A stretch of DNA of 63,542 nt, filler included, from Octopus bimaculoides (Eukaryota): the NCBI RefSeq assembly GCF_001194135.2. It is 5 parts of 5 records of this genome, joined end to end, with 100 filler letters (N's around TTAATTAATTAA, not from the genome) between each part and the next. Parts side by side here need not be neighbours in the genome. Positions count along the whole stretch, not along the records: positions 1 to 20,795 come from NC_068985.1; positions 20,896 to 28,530 come from NC_068981.1; 3 more parts are not named here. One strand, 5' to 3'. Every line of letters begins with the position of its first letter. The stretch's first letter is position 1. The notes beneath the pieces were generated by a model, which searched no databases, had not been told where the DNA came from, and saw nothing but the letters and a program-made list of their open reading frames with translations. Shown in pieces: positions 12,438-26,355 of this stretch. The translations under genes were made by a program, and so were the position numbers.

Positions 12438-14606
12438 TATAGATAGATAGATAGATATGTATGTGTTTATATATATATATATATATGTATGTATGCATGT
12501 ACGTGTACATACATGTACACATGAATATGTAATTCCATATGTATGTGTGTGTATGTGTATATATATGTATGCGTCTGCATAAACACGAGCAAAATGAACA
12601 CCCGCGTACATACTCATTGTTTCTAAAATCATTGATTAAAAGTAGTGTTGTGCAACATTGCTTAAATAGCAATGGATTCCTGTCTCCTGTTTATATTATT
12701 AAAACAAGAATCAGACATGAAATCAAAGGTATGAGGTTGAAGCAGCTGTTTTCGCGCGTCGTTCAGAATGATTGCAAACGAAAGAAGACCAGAGCAAGCG
12801 TTTTCTTCAAACTTTCCTTTCATACTTCGAAAAATATTCAGACAATGAATATTGAAAAGAAAACTAAGCTTATGATCGGAAACGAACAACTCTGAGTTCT
12901 GGAAATCGGTGCCTTTCAGTTGTAGTTTATATATATATATATATACCCTACACACACACATACATTTCATTGTATTTGTGTGTCTGTTCTTGTATGTGTC
13001 TATACTGATGATAATTTGAATATTAAACCCACAGCCAACTTCTAAAGAAAGAAGCTTCGTTTCAGCTATGAATCTACTTGAAAAATGCCTGTACGGCATG
13101 ATATGAACGACACAATAGTCTACTTGTTCTCCCTTAAATTATAGGGTCTTGAACCATAACTAAAAAATCAATATCTGAATAATGTGTAGAGATTCGCATT
13201 GTCAGAAACATGAACACGATGAAACGTGGGCGCCAACTGTCTTCGATTTTCTATTGAAGCTATTTTGTCGCTAATGTTGCAACTGCATTCACAATTGCAT
13301 GAACGTCACACCTTCTATACAAGCCTCGCGAAATTTTCAGCTACTAGAAAGCAAGTATGATGTGTTTAGTCTAATTTACAATGCATGAATTTCCTTATAG
13401 TAGTTTCAATTTTGCGTAATTTTGTACTTGTTTCCATTTTCAGGTAATAACACTGAGTGGATAATGAAGGTACATGGAGAAACATTTAAGGAATTTGTGC
13501 GATATCCTTAGGGTGTGAAAAAAAAAGTACCTAACTTTTATCTGCAAGCAAAACTAAAGTTTGATTTAGTGATCGATGCCGTATAAATTGATCAAAATAA
13601 AAGGAAATATTAAAAGTTGAAAAGTGCTTTCAGATAATTGCGAAAAGAAATATAAAATATAGATTTTCATTACAGAATTATATGCATAATCAATGTAAAA
13701 TTTGTAAAATTACATTTTTTTTTTAATCAAAAGAACGCCGAAGCTATATAAATGTATTATGGGTAATATAGATGATTAGAAAAAGGTTTTAAAAAACAAT
13801 ATTGCATAATATTATATATTTACATATCGATAAAAACTTCTTTTGATGCTTCATCATATCACCTATCTCTTGAAATTCTCCAGGGCTAAATATTCATTAA
13901 AATTCACTTTCTTAATCCTTTTGTTGTTACGATTTTCATTTTCGTTTAATTTTTCTGCTATAAAATATGTAAATTATCCCCGAGTGATACATCTGATTGA
14001 ATTTTCTTTCACTTTAATAAAAACTGTTCATTTTCATCGATCGCGAAAATCCATGCCGTATTTTTATACTGATAAAAAAAAAGCAATGGAGGAAATTGGG
14101 GAAAAATCATAAGAATCAATTCCTCGTCACGACTTGAATCCTTTCAATATAATTTATTTTTATGTTAATACATGACAAAAATCAATTTAATTTTTCTGTC
14201 CAATAATGCATAATTCTTCCAAGTCTCCCGCCTTAGCTTCCAAATGGTCCAGTTATGAATTCCCACACATCAGTGATTTTATATACATTTTTATTGCTAT
14301 TAATTCACGAGTGTTATTTCATAACTGATAGATCCTTTTAAGCATATGGATTTCTAAAGCCAGCTACCCAGTTCTCAAGATGAATTAAGTGAACTGTGTA
14401 TTATATGCATATTATCCGACAAAGATCTTTTGTCCCGATATCTTACCTAGCTAATTATAATATTATGCTGAAAACGAAAGAAAAAATAAAAGAAGCTAAG
14501 TAAGAAGTCATAGCGCGTGTATGAAACAATGCATCTCCCAGTCTGCAGAGCAATACTTAGATATCGTTCATGTCTCCTTTATTTAGACATCGATCGTAAC
14601 ACTGAA

Positions 14607-14637
<31 letters not shown>

Positions 14638-14754
14638 TATTAATAAAATACAGGGTAGCAAAAACATTTTAGAAATTTAATTTACCACCAGTGGTATGTA
14701 GACTTGCTGCTATTTCTAGCGGGTTAGATGTCCTATTACAGGCATCTCTGTATT

Positions 14755-14786
<32 letters not shown>

Positions 14787-17700
14787 ATNNNNNNNNNNNN
14801 NNNNNNNNNNNNNNNNNNNNNNNNNNNNNNNNNNNNNNNNNNNNNNNNNNNNNNNNNNNNNNNNNNNNNNNNNNNNNNNNNNNNNNNNNNNNNNNNNNNN
14901 NNNNNNNNNNNNNNNNNNNNNNNNNNNNNNNNNNNNNNNNNNNNNNNNNNNNNNNNNNNNNNNNNNNNNNNNNNNNNTATATACACATACATATATTTAT
15001 ATATGTATAGATATAAATGGTATATGTATATATTTATATTTATATACTTTTTATAGTTTCCTTTTCTTGGATATAAAAACTATGGAATATTTTAAACATA
15101 TCGAATTTCATTATATATCTTTCTTATATCTAGAAAAAGAAAAGTCATCTGGAAAGAGTGTCTGTTCTTGAAACAAATGATTATGTAAAAAACTTCTATA
15201 TATTGTATTGAATAACATATTAGATGTTAATTTAAAAAAATCATGAATAATTACATTATGTAATTGTTGTCTCCGAAGTATTCTAGAAATTATGTTGATT
15301 CTTGTGATATAAAAATCATAATGAAGATGAAGTACTTAAGTTGAAATATATGAGATATATAGAGATAGAAGGCTGTTTCTTAATTATATTAAATATGGCT
15401 GAGTAAATAAATAGCAAACTCTTCTAATTATTTCTTCAGCATTTTGTCATATGAGTCATAGTGCTTGTATTATAGTGTGCATGCGTGCGGTGGTGCATAT
15501 GTGAGTGACGGTATGTATTTAAATATATGTGTGTATGGAAGTGTTATTATAATTATCTCGATAAAATCACATTAGTTGTGTCTGTAAAAGTTCCTCTGCT
15601 GAAAGTTCCTTAGCTCAGTTGAAAGTTGGATTATCTTTGAAGTTTCAATCAGCTGTATTGTTCAAAATTATTCGTATCATTAATCAACACAGATTATGAT
15701 CAAAGAGAAGAAAGCAAGTGAATCCTGAATTGTTTGTTCGTCAACCAGTTAATTAACTATTTGCACGGGAAGGACTTTTATTACTGGTATGTTTAGTTTC
15801 CTATTCACTTATCTTCGAGCTTCAACTGTTCGATACTCACGAACTAACTGAAGGAGAAACCAACATCTTGAGTTCACATAGAGGCATTTATATGCTGTTT
15901 GTAATTGTGTAACGGAAAGCTTGATATTAAAATTCTTAAATATAGAATATTTTCGGTATGTAAATTATATTCGACAGGAAACTAACCTGATCCTGAATTT
16001 TGTGGATCAATTTCTGCTAGAAGAACATGGATTTAAAGTGGAGTGACAGCCGATTACGAGCATTTGGAATGATGTATTCTTCTTTGAAGTTACACATAGA
16101 TTACTTGGTGTTGTGAAATTAAGCAGTGTGATTTTAGATTCTTATATAATCAAGATATATTTTAGTTTCCGCTTTGAGGTGTAATTTCATACTACAAAGA
16201 ACAGCAGCAGCAGCAGCAGCAGCAGCACGGCAGAGTACCGTTTATTGCATGTACCAATAACTGACAGCTTTGAATAACAATCTTTAGGTGACTATGTTAG
16301 GTAGTGTTGTGCTACATATGTTAGGTAGTGTTGTGCTACATACGGGTATTTCTTTCTCTCTCTCCCTTTCTTTCACTGTCTCTCCTTCTCTCTTTCTCTC
16401 TGTTTCTCTCCGTTTCACTATATAGTGAGATTTGATTTTCATTCCTTCAGCATACATGGAAATGTACTAAACCAAGATAGAATGGTCTAATCCTCCACAC
16501 ACCTCCACCAAAAAGTCTTGTTTGCTGAATATTCTAAAAGAGCAGAAATTACTCACTAGATTTGAATGACCGAGGTGTCCTTTGCTGAGGCGGTAAAATT
16601 AAATCAAACTACCTGTGAATGACCCTTCTAATGTCGTTCAGAATGAGCTGTAATGTTTAACAAAGTTCCTGAGGAGAATTTGCTCGCTCAGATAAGACCA
16701 TACAGGTAGAGACATCTTACCTTTGTGTAAACAATAAACATACACACGTGCTCTCACACATATATACAAATATATACATATATAAATATATGTACACACA
16801 NNNNNNNNNNNNNNNNNNNNNNNNNNNNNNNNNNNNNNNNNNNNNNNNNNNNNNNNNNNNNNNNNNNNNNNNNNNNNNNNNNNNNNNNNNNNNNNNNNNN
16901 NNNNNNNNNNNNNNNNNNNNNNNNNNNNNNNNNNNNNNNNNNNNNNNNNNNNNNNNNNNNNNNNNNNNNNNNNNNNNNNNNNNNNNNNNNNNNNNNNNNN
17001 NNNNNNNNNNNNNNNNNNNNNNNNNNNNNNNNNNNNNNNNNNNNNNNNNNNNNNNNNNNNNNNNNNNNNNNNNNNNNNNNNNNNNNNNNNNNNNNNNNNN
17101 NNNNNNNNNNNNNNNNNNNNNNNNNNNNNNNNNNNNNNNNNNNNNNNNNNNNNNNNNNNNNNNNNNNNNNNNNNNNNNNNNNNNNNNNNNNNNNNNNNNN
17201 NNNNNNNNNNNNNNNNNNNNNNNNNNNNNNNNNNNNNNNNNNNNNNNNNNNNNNNNNNNNNNNNNNNNNNNNNNNNNNNNNNNNNNNNNNNNNNNNNNNN
17301 NNNNNNNNNNNNNNNNNNNNNNNNNNNNNNNNNNNNATATATATATATATATATATATATATATACGTACATATTGATAATTATACACGTAATTATAACA
17401 ATGGATTGTTATATGCCTCTCCACGCGCTGAATATACATGCCAAATGACGCTAAGACCACCTTAAAAACTCCAAAATCACAGGTTATAGATACTTGTACA
17501 CTTATGCCTGCCACGGAATATAGATGCTAATCATAGCAGTAGGTATGTTTTACCTTTAGCTTCAGATGAGATCTTATACGCGATTAACCAAAAGTTTAAT
17601 TTATTATCTTTCTTTTCCTCGACTACAACCTGTGTTTTGGTGAGTTTTTAAGGTCGTTTTAGCGTTATTTGGCGTCTATATTCAGCGCGTGGCGANNNNN

Positions 17701-18081
17701 NNNNNNNNNNNNNNNNNNNNNNNNNNNNNNNNNNNNNNNNNNNNNNNNNNNNNNNNNNNNNNNNNNNNNNNNNNNNNNNNNNNNNNNNNNNNNNNNNNNN
17801 NNNNNNNNNNNNNNNNNNNNNNNNNNNNNNNNNNNNNNNNNNNNNNNNNNNNNNNNNNNNNNNNNNNNNNNNNNNNNNNNNNNNNNNNNNNNNNNNNNNN
17901 NNNNNNNNNNNNNNNNNNNNNNNNNNNNNNNNNNNNNNNNNNNNNNNNNNNNNNNNNNNNNNNNNNNNNNNNNNNNNATGTTGGAGAAGCAGGTTACTGT
18001 CAATCCCTATATATTTATGATTATATATATATATATATAATATACACACACACGCACACACACACATATACAGACGCACAT

Positions 18082-18113
<32 letters not shown>

Positions 18114-18994
18114 GTATATATATTATATATAATATATAATATATTAATATATATATACATATATATATGTATACGCTGGACATATATATGAATATATGTG
18201 TGCATGTAGACGTGTCTATGATATACACATTTGTGAGACTAAATTTCTGTTGGTATATTTATCGTCATCTTTTCTCTGTTTCATATAATTAAATGCCATT
18301 GAAAAACGCTGTCATAAATCTCTGAATTATCCATTTGACCTCGTTTCAAGAAACCGATTTCTCAACATTATGTGAAAAGAAAATTGATTCAAATTAATCT
18401 CTGTATTCCTTGTTGTTAAGCTAATTTAAAATGAGTTAATAAAAGACCTCTCTAAACATCAATTTTTTCACTTAATATATACACATGTTTAATTTGATGC
18501 ATTATATTAATTGCTTTCTCAAACCGCATTCAATCTAAATATATGTTGCTGGATGTGACATAGTGAGTTCCAAAGAAACTTGCTTTAATTTGACAATTTA
18601 ATTGAAGCGACATTATAGAGTGTCGGTGTTGAAATTTTGAAGGAGAGAAAAGGAAAATTAAAGAAATTGTATAACAGACACATAGGGAGGGTCATACATA
18701 TGTACATAGAACATATGCAAATACACATACATACAGGGAAAATAATACATACATACATATATATATATATGGATGTATGCATGTATGTATGTATGCATGT
18801 ATGTAAGTGTGTGTCTGTCTGAGTACACGCATTCATACGTACGTATGTACAGGTTCGTCTTTCATACATCTCAAGATGACAAGATTTACTGCTTTACTCA
18901 TCATGGGGCCTGAAATGGAATCTTAGGCTAATAATAATGACTCGCGAGATATAAAAACACATGCATATACATATGTACACATACATACTACACA

Positions 18995-19052
<58 letters not shown>

Positions 19053-20720
19053 TGATGATTGCATCATCTTGGGAGATGATAGCCGTGAAATCTACACACA
19101 CACCACACCCCATCACATAGTACAACCACTCTGTTGATGAACCTTAGATGGTTTTTAAGTCCAGCTGCTTACTGATATGGTTTAAAACACAAAGTGACAG
19201 AAATTATTCAAGCTTCTTCTATAGCTTTGCTTTTGGAATATGATTCTGAGGGAATGTTTTTGTGAACTAGCATATGTCTTTTAAGTCCAGATATTGTCTT
19301 ACATGTGTTATGACATATGACAGAAGTCGTAAGAGATGATTGGTGTTCAAGAACATTATCTCTCTGGGCATTACGATTTTCATGTGACTTTATATGGTTC
19401 ACGCATCCTGCTTTTAATACGGTCACATATAATATATATCCAATATTCACCGTTGATTACAGTTCCAATTCTTCCTTTGTAACGGGCCTTTTATGTTCAG
19501 AGTGCTGAATCATCTTTTCCTCCCAGGCATTGCAACCGGTCGTAACAACACATCTCCACTTGTTCCGATCTAGGGCATCGTTTTCCCAATCACGTTTCCT
19601 ATTTAGTTTCTTCAGATTTTCTTTCACACAGTCTTTATACTTTTACCTGGGCTTATGTTGCGGTCGCTTACCAGAGTTGTGGTCACTATAAAAAGACGAT
19701 TTGACAAACGCTTGACATTCATTCCAAGAACATGTCCAGTCCATCTCATTTGAGCCAAGATAACATGTTCAATTTTAGTTGCAATGTGTCATGCGCAAAA
19801 CATGTGTATCTGGTATGAAACATTCCCACTTGACTCCTAGGATATGTCTGAGGAACTTTTGACGAAATCTCTCCAGTATTTTCATATGACGCTTGTAAGT
19901 GGTCCATGTCTCACTTGAATAACGAAGTGCAGACACTGCACACGCTTTATAGACACTGATTTTTGTTTGCAGGGAAATACCTCTATCTGCCCATACTCGC
20001 TTTTCGAGCTTTCCAAATACCTTCTCTATTTGATAGTATGTCTCTGCATCAAGATTACCATCTCTTGACAGTATGCTTCCTAGGTAAACAAAGATCTCAA
20101 CGACTCCTAACCTTGTTCCACTCACGAAAATGTTTGGTTCAGGATATGTTTGTCCTGGCACAGGAGTAAACATTACTTTGGTTTTTCCCAAAACTAGCTA
20201 TGAGTCCAAAATGTACACATGCAGTGGAAAATCTGTCCATTAAATGTTGCATATCCTCTTCGGAATGTACCAACAAATCAGCATCATCAGCATAAAGTAA
20301 TTCTTTAACAAGTATTTTGAAAGTTTTTGCTTTACAGTTAAACCGGGTCAAAGTAAAAATACGACTAGATGTCCAAAGTCTGATTCCAATTAGCCTGGTG
20401 CAATCCTTGAGAGCATACGAAAGTAATGCAGCAAAATAAATAGTGAAAATTGTAGGGGTAGGAATATGTCCTTGTTTGACACCGTTGTCAACCGAAAATT
20501 CATAAGATAACTCACCATTAAAGACTAACTTAGCTTTGGTGTTTCTGTGTAGTTCCTTAAAAATGCTCGCAAAATGTGTTGGACAACCACGTTTACATAA
20601 AGTAATCTACAGTGCCTCTCTGTTTCCCGTGTCAAATGCCGTAGTTAAATCTATGATGACCTGGTATAGTTTTCATTTGTTCTTCTCAGCATTTGTCTTG
20701 AACTTGCCTCACCGAAAATA
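19053..20720 (-). mobile_element. RTE (BovB-like) LINE, 5'-truncated and frameshifted, with RT and three C-terminal C2H2 remnants
   Basis: Peptides GVKQG.IPTP.IF, KELLYADDADLLVHSEEDMQHLMDRFS, FVYLGS, TKISVYKAC..SALRYSSETW and ICHNTCKTISGLKRHMLVH. Confidence 0.85.
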
Positions 20721-20895
20721 TCATGTGCATTGTTCCTCGTTTATATATATATACATAGGGGAGAATATACAAAAAATAACAACAGACGAGGACAGNNNNN
20801 NNNNNNNNNNNNNNNNNNNNNNNNNNNNNNNNNNNNNNNTTAATTAATTAANNNNNNNNNNNNNNNNNNNNNNNNNNNNNNNNNNNNNNNNNNNN

Positions 20896-20926
<31 letters not shown>

Positions 20927-21338
20927 CACACACACACACACACTCACACTTATATATATATACACACATACTATTAATCACTAAAGTATGAAGTACAAAT
21001 GGAACTTATATATAACTCTCTCAAGCAGGATTAAGTAGGGTTATGTGTCCTTCTCAGAGGCACAATGCAGTCGCTGTAGAAAGTCTTGAATTTGTAGCCA
21101 TATAAATCACTAGTCCAGCACTTAAAAACTAATAGGATTGTATCTATTTTATGCCTGTTCACAATATATCAATCGTAATGTATAACAACCCAGTTATTGA
21201 TAATCTGTCATATGTCACATGTTGTGCATCAAGAAGTGTAATATATGTCTTTTTCATGTATGTAAGTGTGCATATATTTATCTGTATATATGTATACATA
21301 AATATATGTACATATATATGTATATAAAATAATATATA

Positions 21339-22205
21339 CAACGTTTGATCACTAAGTCTCTGGACTGTTGCAATAACAATGTAGCCAAAGCATGCAGAGT
21401 GAAGCCACTTGGCATAGATTGACCTTGAACTCTATTGTGTATGCACACCAAGTTTTAACGTTCTAACTCACTTTTGCTGTTTACAGCAGTGCTTGGAAGG
21501 AAGGTGTATAGCATGTGATTGTCGCATTAACCATGACAGAGAAAGTTGTCATGGCAGTATCTGCTCAGAGGCCTCCACAAAGTTGCAGAAAGTGTATGGA
21601 GAGGAGTGTACAAGTGGTTAAGACATTTCAAAGATGGCCGAAAAATGTCAATAGTGACAAACATTCTGGGAGACCTGCAGCCAGCAGAACTGAGAAAAAC
21701 ATTGCAGATGTGCATGCAGCTGAGAGGGGAAATCATTGAATTACCATCCGTGAGTTATTAGAGGATATGCAGATTAACTACAGTTCAATTCAGTCCATTA
21801 TCACTAAAGATTCGAGTATAAGACACGTGTCTGCCAAGTTTGTGCAAAAACTGCTTTCAGCTGACCAAAAGGACACTCGGGTTTCAGTTGTACAAGATCT
21901 CCTTGATTGTGTCAAGAACAATGAAAACTTTTCAAAGACTTTGCATAGGCCTCTGAGCAAGTATCACCAAGCTTTTGGCAAAATTTGATGCAGATTCTCT
22001 GCTCAACTTTCTCTATCATGGTCAGTATGATGATCACACACTACACACTTTCCTTCCAAGCATTGCTGTAAACAGCAGAAGTGAGCTAGAATGTTAAAAC
22101 TTAGTGCGCATGTAGAGCAGAGTCAGCCTGAGTCAAGTGGTTTCACTCTGTATGATTTAGCTTCATTACTATGGCAACAATCCAGATACCTGTTGATCAG
22201 ACCAC
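21339..22205 (+). mobile_element. Internally deleted mariner element with about 180-bp terminal inverted repeats
   Basis: 21339-21520 is the imperfect reverse complement of 22033-22205, with TA on the left. The interior encodes the N-terminal transposase remnant VYKWLRHFKDGR..GRP...ITIREL..HVSAKFVQKLLSADQK. Confidence 0.8.
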
Positions 22206-22217
22206 ACACACACACAG

Positions 22218-22273
<56 letters not shown>

Positions 22274-23189
22274 TCACTTTTACTAGTTTCAGCTCAAGAG
22301 TTACAGCCCAGCTGGGGCACTGCTATTAGCTTTGCTACACTTTCACTAAACTTCTGATATTTGGCATTTGGTGAGTAAGGAAGTTTGATGTTGCTACCCT
22401 GGTGTANNNNNNNNNNNNNNNNNNNNNNNNNNNNNNNNNNNNNNNNNNNNNNNNNNNNNNNNNNNNNNNNNNNNNNNNNNNNNNNNNNNNNNNNNNNNNN
22501 NNNNNNNNNNNNNNNNNNNNNNNNNNNNNNNNNNNNNNNNNNNNNNNNNNNNNNNNNNNNNNNNNNNNNNNNNNNNNNNNNNNNNNNNNNNNNNNNNNNN
22601 NNNNNNNNNNNNNNNNNNNNNNNNNNNNNNNNNNNNNNNNNNNNNNNNNNNNNNNNNNNNNNNNNNNNNNNNNNNNNNNNNNNNNNNNNNNNNNNNNNNN
22701 NNNNNNNNNNNNNNNNNNNNNNNNNNNNNNNNNNNNNNNNNNNNNNNNNNNNNNNNNNNNNNNNNNNNNNNNNNNNNNNNNNNNNNNNNNNTATAGATAT
22801 ATTTATATATATATATATAGTAAAATAAAGATTTGGATAGACTCAGGTGCATGAAAAGATATGCACCAGGTTGGATAAACCTGTGGTTCCGGTCTATGGT
22901 TGGTAAGTATCAAATAGAATATTCCAGTTGTGTACTCAGGGAAAACTAACCCTATGAGTATTTAACACCTAGGGGCTGATCCAACAAGTCGTAAATCCCC
23001 TTGGTGTATTATAATCAAATGAATAATAACATATGATGAATAATTGTCAGCTCATTACTGCTGTTTCATACGCATATTTTTAATAGAAGAATGAGAACAT
23101 TACTCCATTACAAAAGACCGTAATCATCAGATGAAACATAATTTTACAAACAAAAGAATACCCCAAGAATACAGCATGAAGCATGATAT

Positions 23190-23340
23190 CGAAAAGTACT
23201 GGAAATAGGAGATACCCTTATTGAACACCCACTGTTGTCCTGAAGAATTCTCCAATGTTATTGCTTTGGTGAACCACACTGTTTGAATTTTCATAAAGTG
23301 CTTGAATTATTTCAATGAGGTTGTTGACGAAGTTCTAATT
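23190..23340 (-). mobile_element. RTE LINE RT fragment, inverted relative to the adjacent 3' end
   Basis: NFVNNLIEIIQALYENSNSVV...GEFFRTTVGVQ*GYLLFPVLFDI is a decayed GVRQG..LSP.LF motif. Confidence 0.7.
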
Positions 23341-23359
23341 TGTCAGGCAACAAATTTGT

Positions 23360-23631
23360 AATTTGTCAGCAAGTTAACAAATATGCTGGCAAACAGGAAC
23401 CACTCCTTGCACAGGTAAATGGCCAAAGCTTGCCTGGTATGGTCATCTATCCTGCCACAACTTCCTAACCTAAACCATTCTTCAGGACACAATTGATGGA
23501 AGGAGACAGAGAGAATCCTGGTTTGACAACATCAAAGAACCTACTATACATGACAGAGAACAGTGACCAGTGGCAACAGCTGACTACAAAAGCATCTAGA
23601 GTAGCACCTCAACTAACATCAGTCAATGGAA

Positions 23632-23669
<38 letters not shown>
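23360..23669 (+). mobile_element. RTE LINE 3' end with (GAT)n tail
   Basis: AGKQEPLLAQV..KLAWYGH...TILQ.TI.GR.RQRESWFDNIKE, followed by (GAT)n. Confidence 0.75.
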
Positions 23670-23671
<2 letters not shown>

Positions 23672-23769
23672 ATGTGTATGTATGTCTGTATGTGGAGAGG
23701 CAGACAGACAGAGACAGAGGAAGGAGAGGGGAGGGATAGAGAGAGAGAAAGACAGAGGGAGGCAGTTGT

Positions 23770-24160
23770 TGTTGCGTGATAAGAAGTTAGCTTCTCAATC
23801 ACTTGATTCCAGGCACAGCCCTACTCTGTCTTCTGTTATAGCCTTGGGCCAACTAAAGCCTTGTGAGTGGATTTGGTAGATGGAAACTGAAAGAAACACA
23901 AAGGCGGTGAGCTGGCAGAAACGTTAGCACGGCAGGCGAAATGCTTAGCGGTATTTCGTCTGCCGCTACGTTCTGAGTTCAAATTCTGCTGAGGTCGACT
24001 TTGCCTTTCATCCTTTTGGGGTCGATAAATTCAGTACTAGTTACGCACTGGAGTCGATGTAATTGACTTAATCCCTTTGTCTGTCCTTGTTTGTCCTCTC
24101 TATGTTTAGCTCCTTGTGGGCAATAAAGAAATAAGGAAACTGAAAGAAACCCATTGTACC
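23770..24160 (+). mobile_element. SINE family B copy interrupted by a SINE family A insertion
   Basis: The B sequence ...GCCTTGTGAGTGGATTTGGTAGATGGAAACTGAAAGAAAC resumes after the insert. Confidence 0.7.
23898..24134 (+). mobile_element. Full-length tRNA-derived SINE family A (octopus OK-like) with a 16-bp target-site duplication
   Basis: A-box-like GGTGAGCTGGCAGAA and B-box-like GTTCTGAGTTCAAATTC. GGAAACTGAAAGAAAC is duplicated at 23882-23897 and 24135-24150. Confidence 0.85.
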
Positions 24161-24174
24161 TATCTATCTATCTA

Positions 24175-24209
<35 letters not shown>

Positions 24210-25525
24210 GCAGGCAGGTAGGCAGACAGACAGACAGACAGATTGATAGATAGATAGATAAATTTTCTTTCTCTAACACTTCTACTCTCTCTCTCCATAA
24301 CACCATCTCTGTATCTCTCTCTCCTTTCCTTCCCACTAAAATCACTTCTCCCTTAACCTCTCTCTTTCTTCTCTTTCATGTTTTGTAAACACAAAACACT
24401 AACTAAACAGCAGAATAACATAATATGATGGTTGCATGCATTAATATTAATGGAATATTTTGTGTAACACACAAGAAAGGAAACAAATACACTTTCTATT
24501 TTAACCTTGTTTCTTAAATATATTATGGAATTCCCAGTAAACAGTTTCTTTTAATTCATTTTATTTTCTTCACAATAGCTTTTGAATTTTTTTTCTCTTA
24601 TTCCTACTACCAAACTATATTGAAGCTGGTTATTTGGTTGTCGTGGAGAATAAAGCAGTTCAAAGGGAGATATGTGTCTTATCCAGGGATAAGGTAAAGT
24701 ATTCTAATGATATGAGAGAAAATTCATAGACTTTTGAAAAGCATGCTTTATTCCTTCAAAGGAATAAAATCCAACCCTTTGGCTGGAGACATTTGAAGCC
24801 AGTAACGAAAAGAGACTAAAGGAGAATTTGATGAGAAAATGTCAAAAGAGTTTTCTTGAGAGTGCTATTAGTTTTGAGATCAGAAACTGTGGTCTGAATA
24901 AGTGAATTGCTAAAATGCTTATTTTTGTTTTATTGTTATTGCATCATTCTCTGAAAATTTTACATCAGATAGCAAATTATATCCTTCTGGACATTTTTGA
25001 GGTTAAGGAATTATCTATCCTTCAGAAACCAAACATTCCAGTGCCATGCCAAAATATTACTTTCACATGTCAAATATTATTTCTCACATACGTAAGAACA
25101 TAGATTCAGAATAAGTGAGGGTTGGGGTCAAAACAACGGTTGCATTAGCATTCAGATCTCTGTCAAGTGAGTTATATCAGACTTATATGAGACATAAATT
25201 ACTTGAAGCACAGTTGGCTTGCTAGAAGATTGGTGATCATCAAAGTTTAGTAAGAGAAAAATTTACATGACTGTTTGATTTGCTTGTTGATTTCTATTGA
25301 TTTTACACAGCAATTAGTGAACATTAGCATTGTTGGTTACAGATTTCAAATGGGCCGATAACTGGTTCATTGCATTTCTGGCAGTGACTGTGACAAGGGA
25401 ATGTCTGGTTCTAGCAAACGACTTTGTTCAAAGAGCTCTGGTTTTGCACCAATGTTTACAGCTTTCATTGGTGTACGTTAACAAAAGATATACTGCACGT
25501 AGACATACAAACAAACATCGATAGG

Positions 25526-25571
<46 letters not shown>

Positions 25572-26252
25572 CACTTGTATGTAGAATGTCCTTTTCAGTA
25601 AATGTTTTATATANNNNNNNNNNNNNNNNNNNNNNNNNNNNNNNNNNNNNNNNNNNNNNNNNNNNNNNNNNNNNNNNNNNNNNNNNNNNNNNNNNNNNNN
25701 NNNNNNNNNNNNNNNNNNNNNNNNNNNNNNNNNNNNNNNNNNNNNNNNNNNNNNNNNNNNNNNNNNNNNNNNNNNNNNNNNNNNNNNNNNNNNNNNNNNN
25801 NNNNNNNNNNNNNNNNNNNNNNNNNNNNNNNNNNNNNNNNNNNNNNNNNNNNNNNNNNNNNNNNNNNNNNNNNNNNNNNNNNNNNNNNNNNNNNNNNNNN
25901 NNNNNNNNNNNNNNNNNNNNNNNNNNNNNNNNNNNNNNNNNNNNNNNNNNNNNNNNNNNNNNNNNNNNNNNNNNNNNNNNNNNNNNNNNNNNNNNNNNNN
26001 NNNNNNNNNNNNNNNNNNNNNNNNNNNNNNNNNNNNNNNNNNNNNNNNNNNNNNNNNNNNNNNNNNNNNNNNNNNNNNNNNNNNNNNNNNNNNNNNNNNN
26101 NNNNNNNNNNNNNNNNNNNNNNNNNNNNNNNNNNNNNNNNNNNNNNNNNNNNNNNNNNNNNNNNNNNNNNNNNNNNNNNNNNNNNNNNNNNNNNNNNNNN
26201 NNNNNNNNNNNNNNNNNNNNNNNNNNNNNNNNNNNNNNNNNNNNNNNNNNNN

Positions 26253-26285
<33 letters not shown>

Positions 26286-26318
26286 CATATATGTATACAG
26301 ACAGACAGACAGACAGAC

Positions 26319-26355
<37 letters not shown>

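Noticed and set aside
13444-13512. Possible terminal exon GNNTEWIMKVHGETFKEFVRYP*
   Set aside because: It has a good acceptor, but it is short, unrecognised and has no linked upstream exon.
20841-20852. TTAATTAATTAA islands inside N-runs (also near 28576, 59048 and 61508)
   Set aside because: An identical 12-mer with stops in all frames, centred in gaps, is a scaffolding pad rather than biology.
23898-24134. tRNA gene
   Set aside because: The A/B boxes belong to a multi-copy SINE with a TSD, and there is no full cloverleaf.
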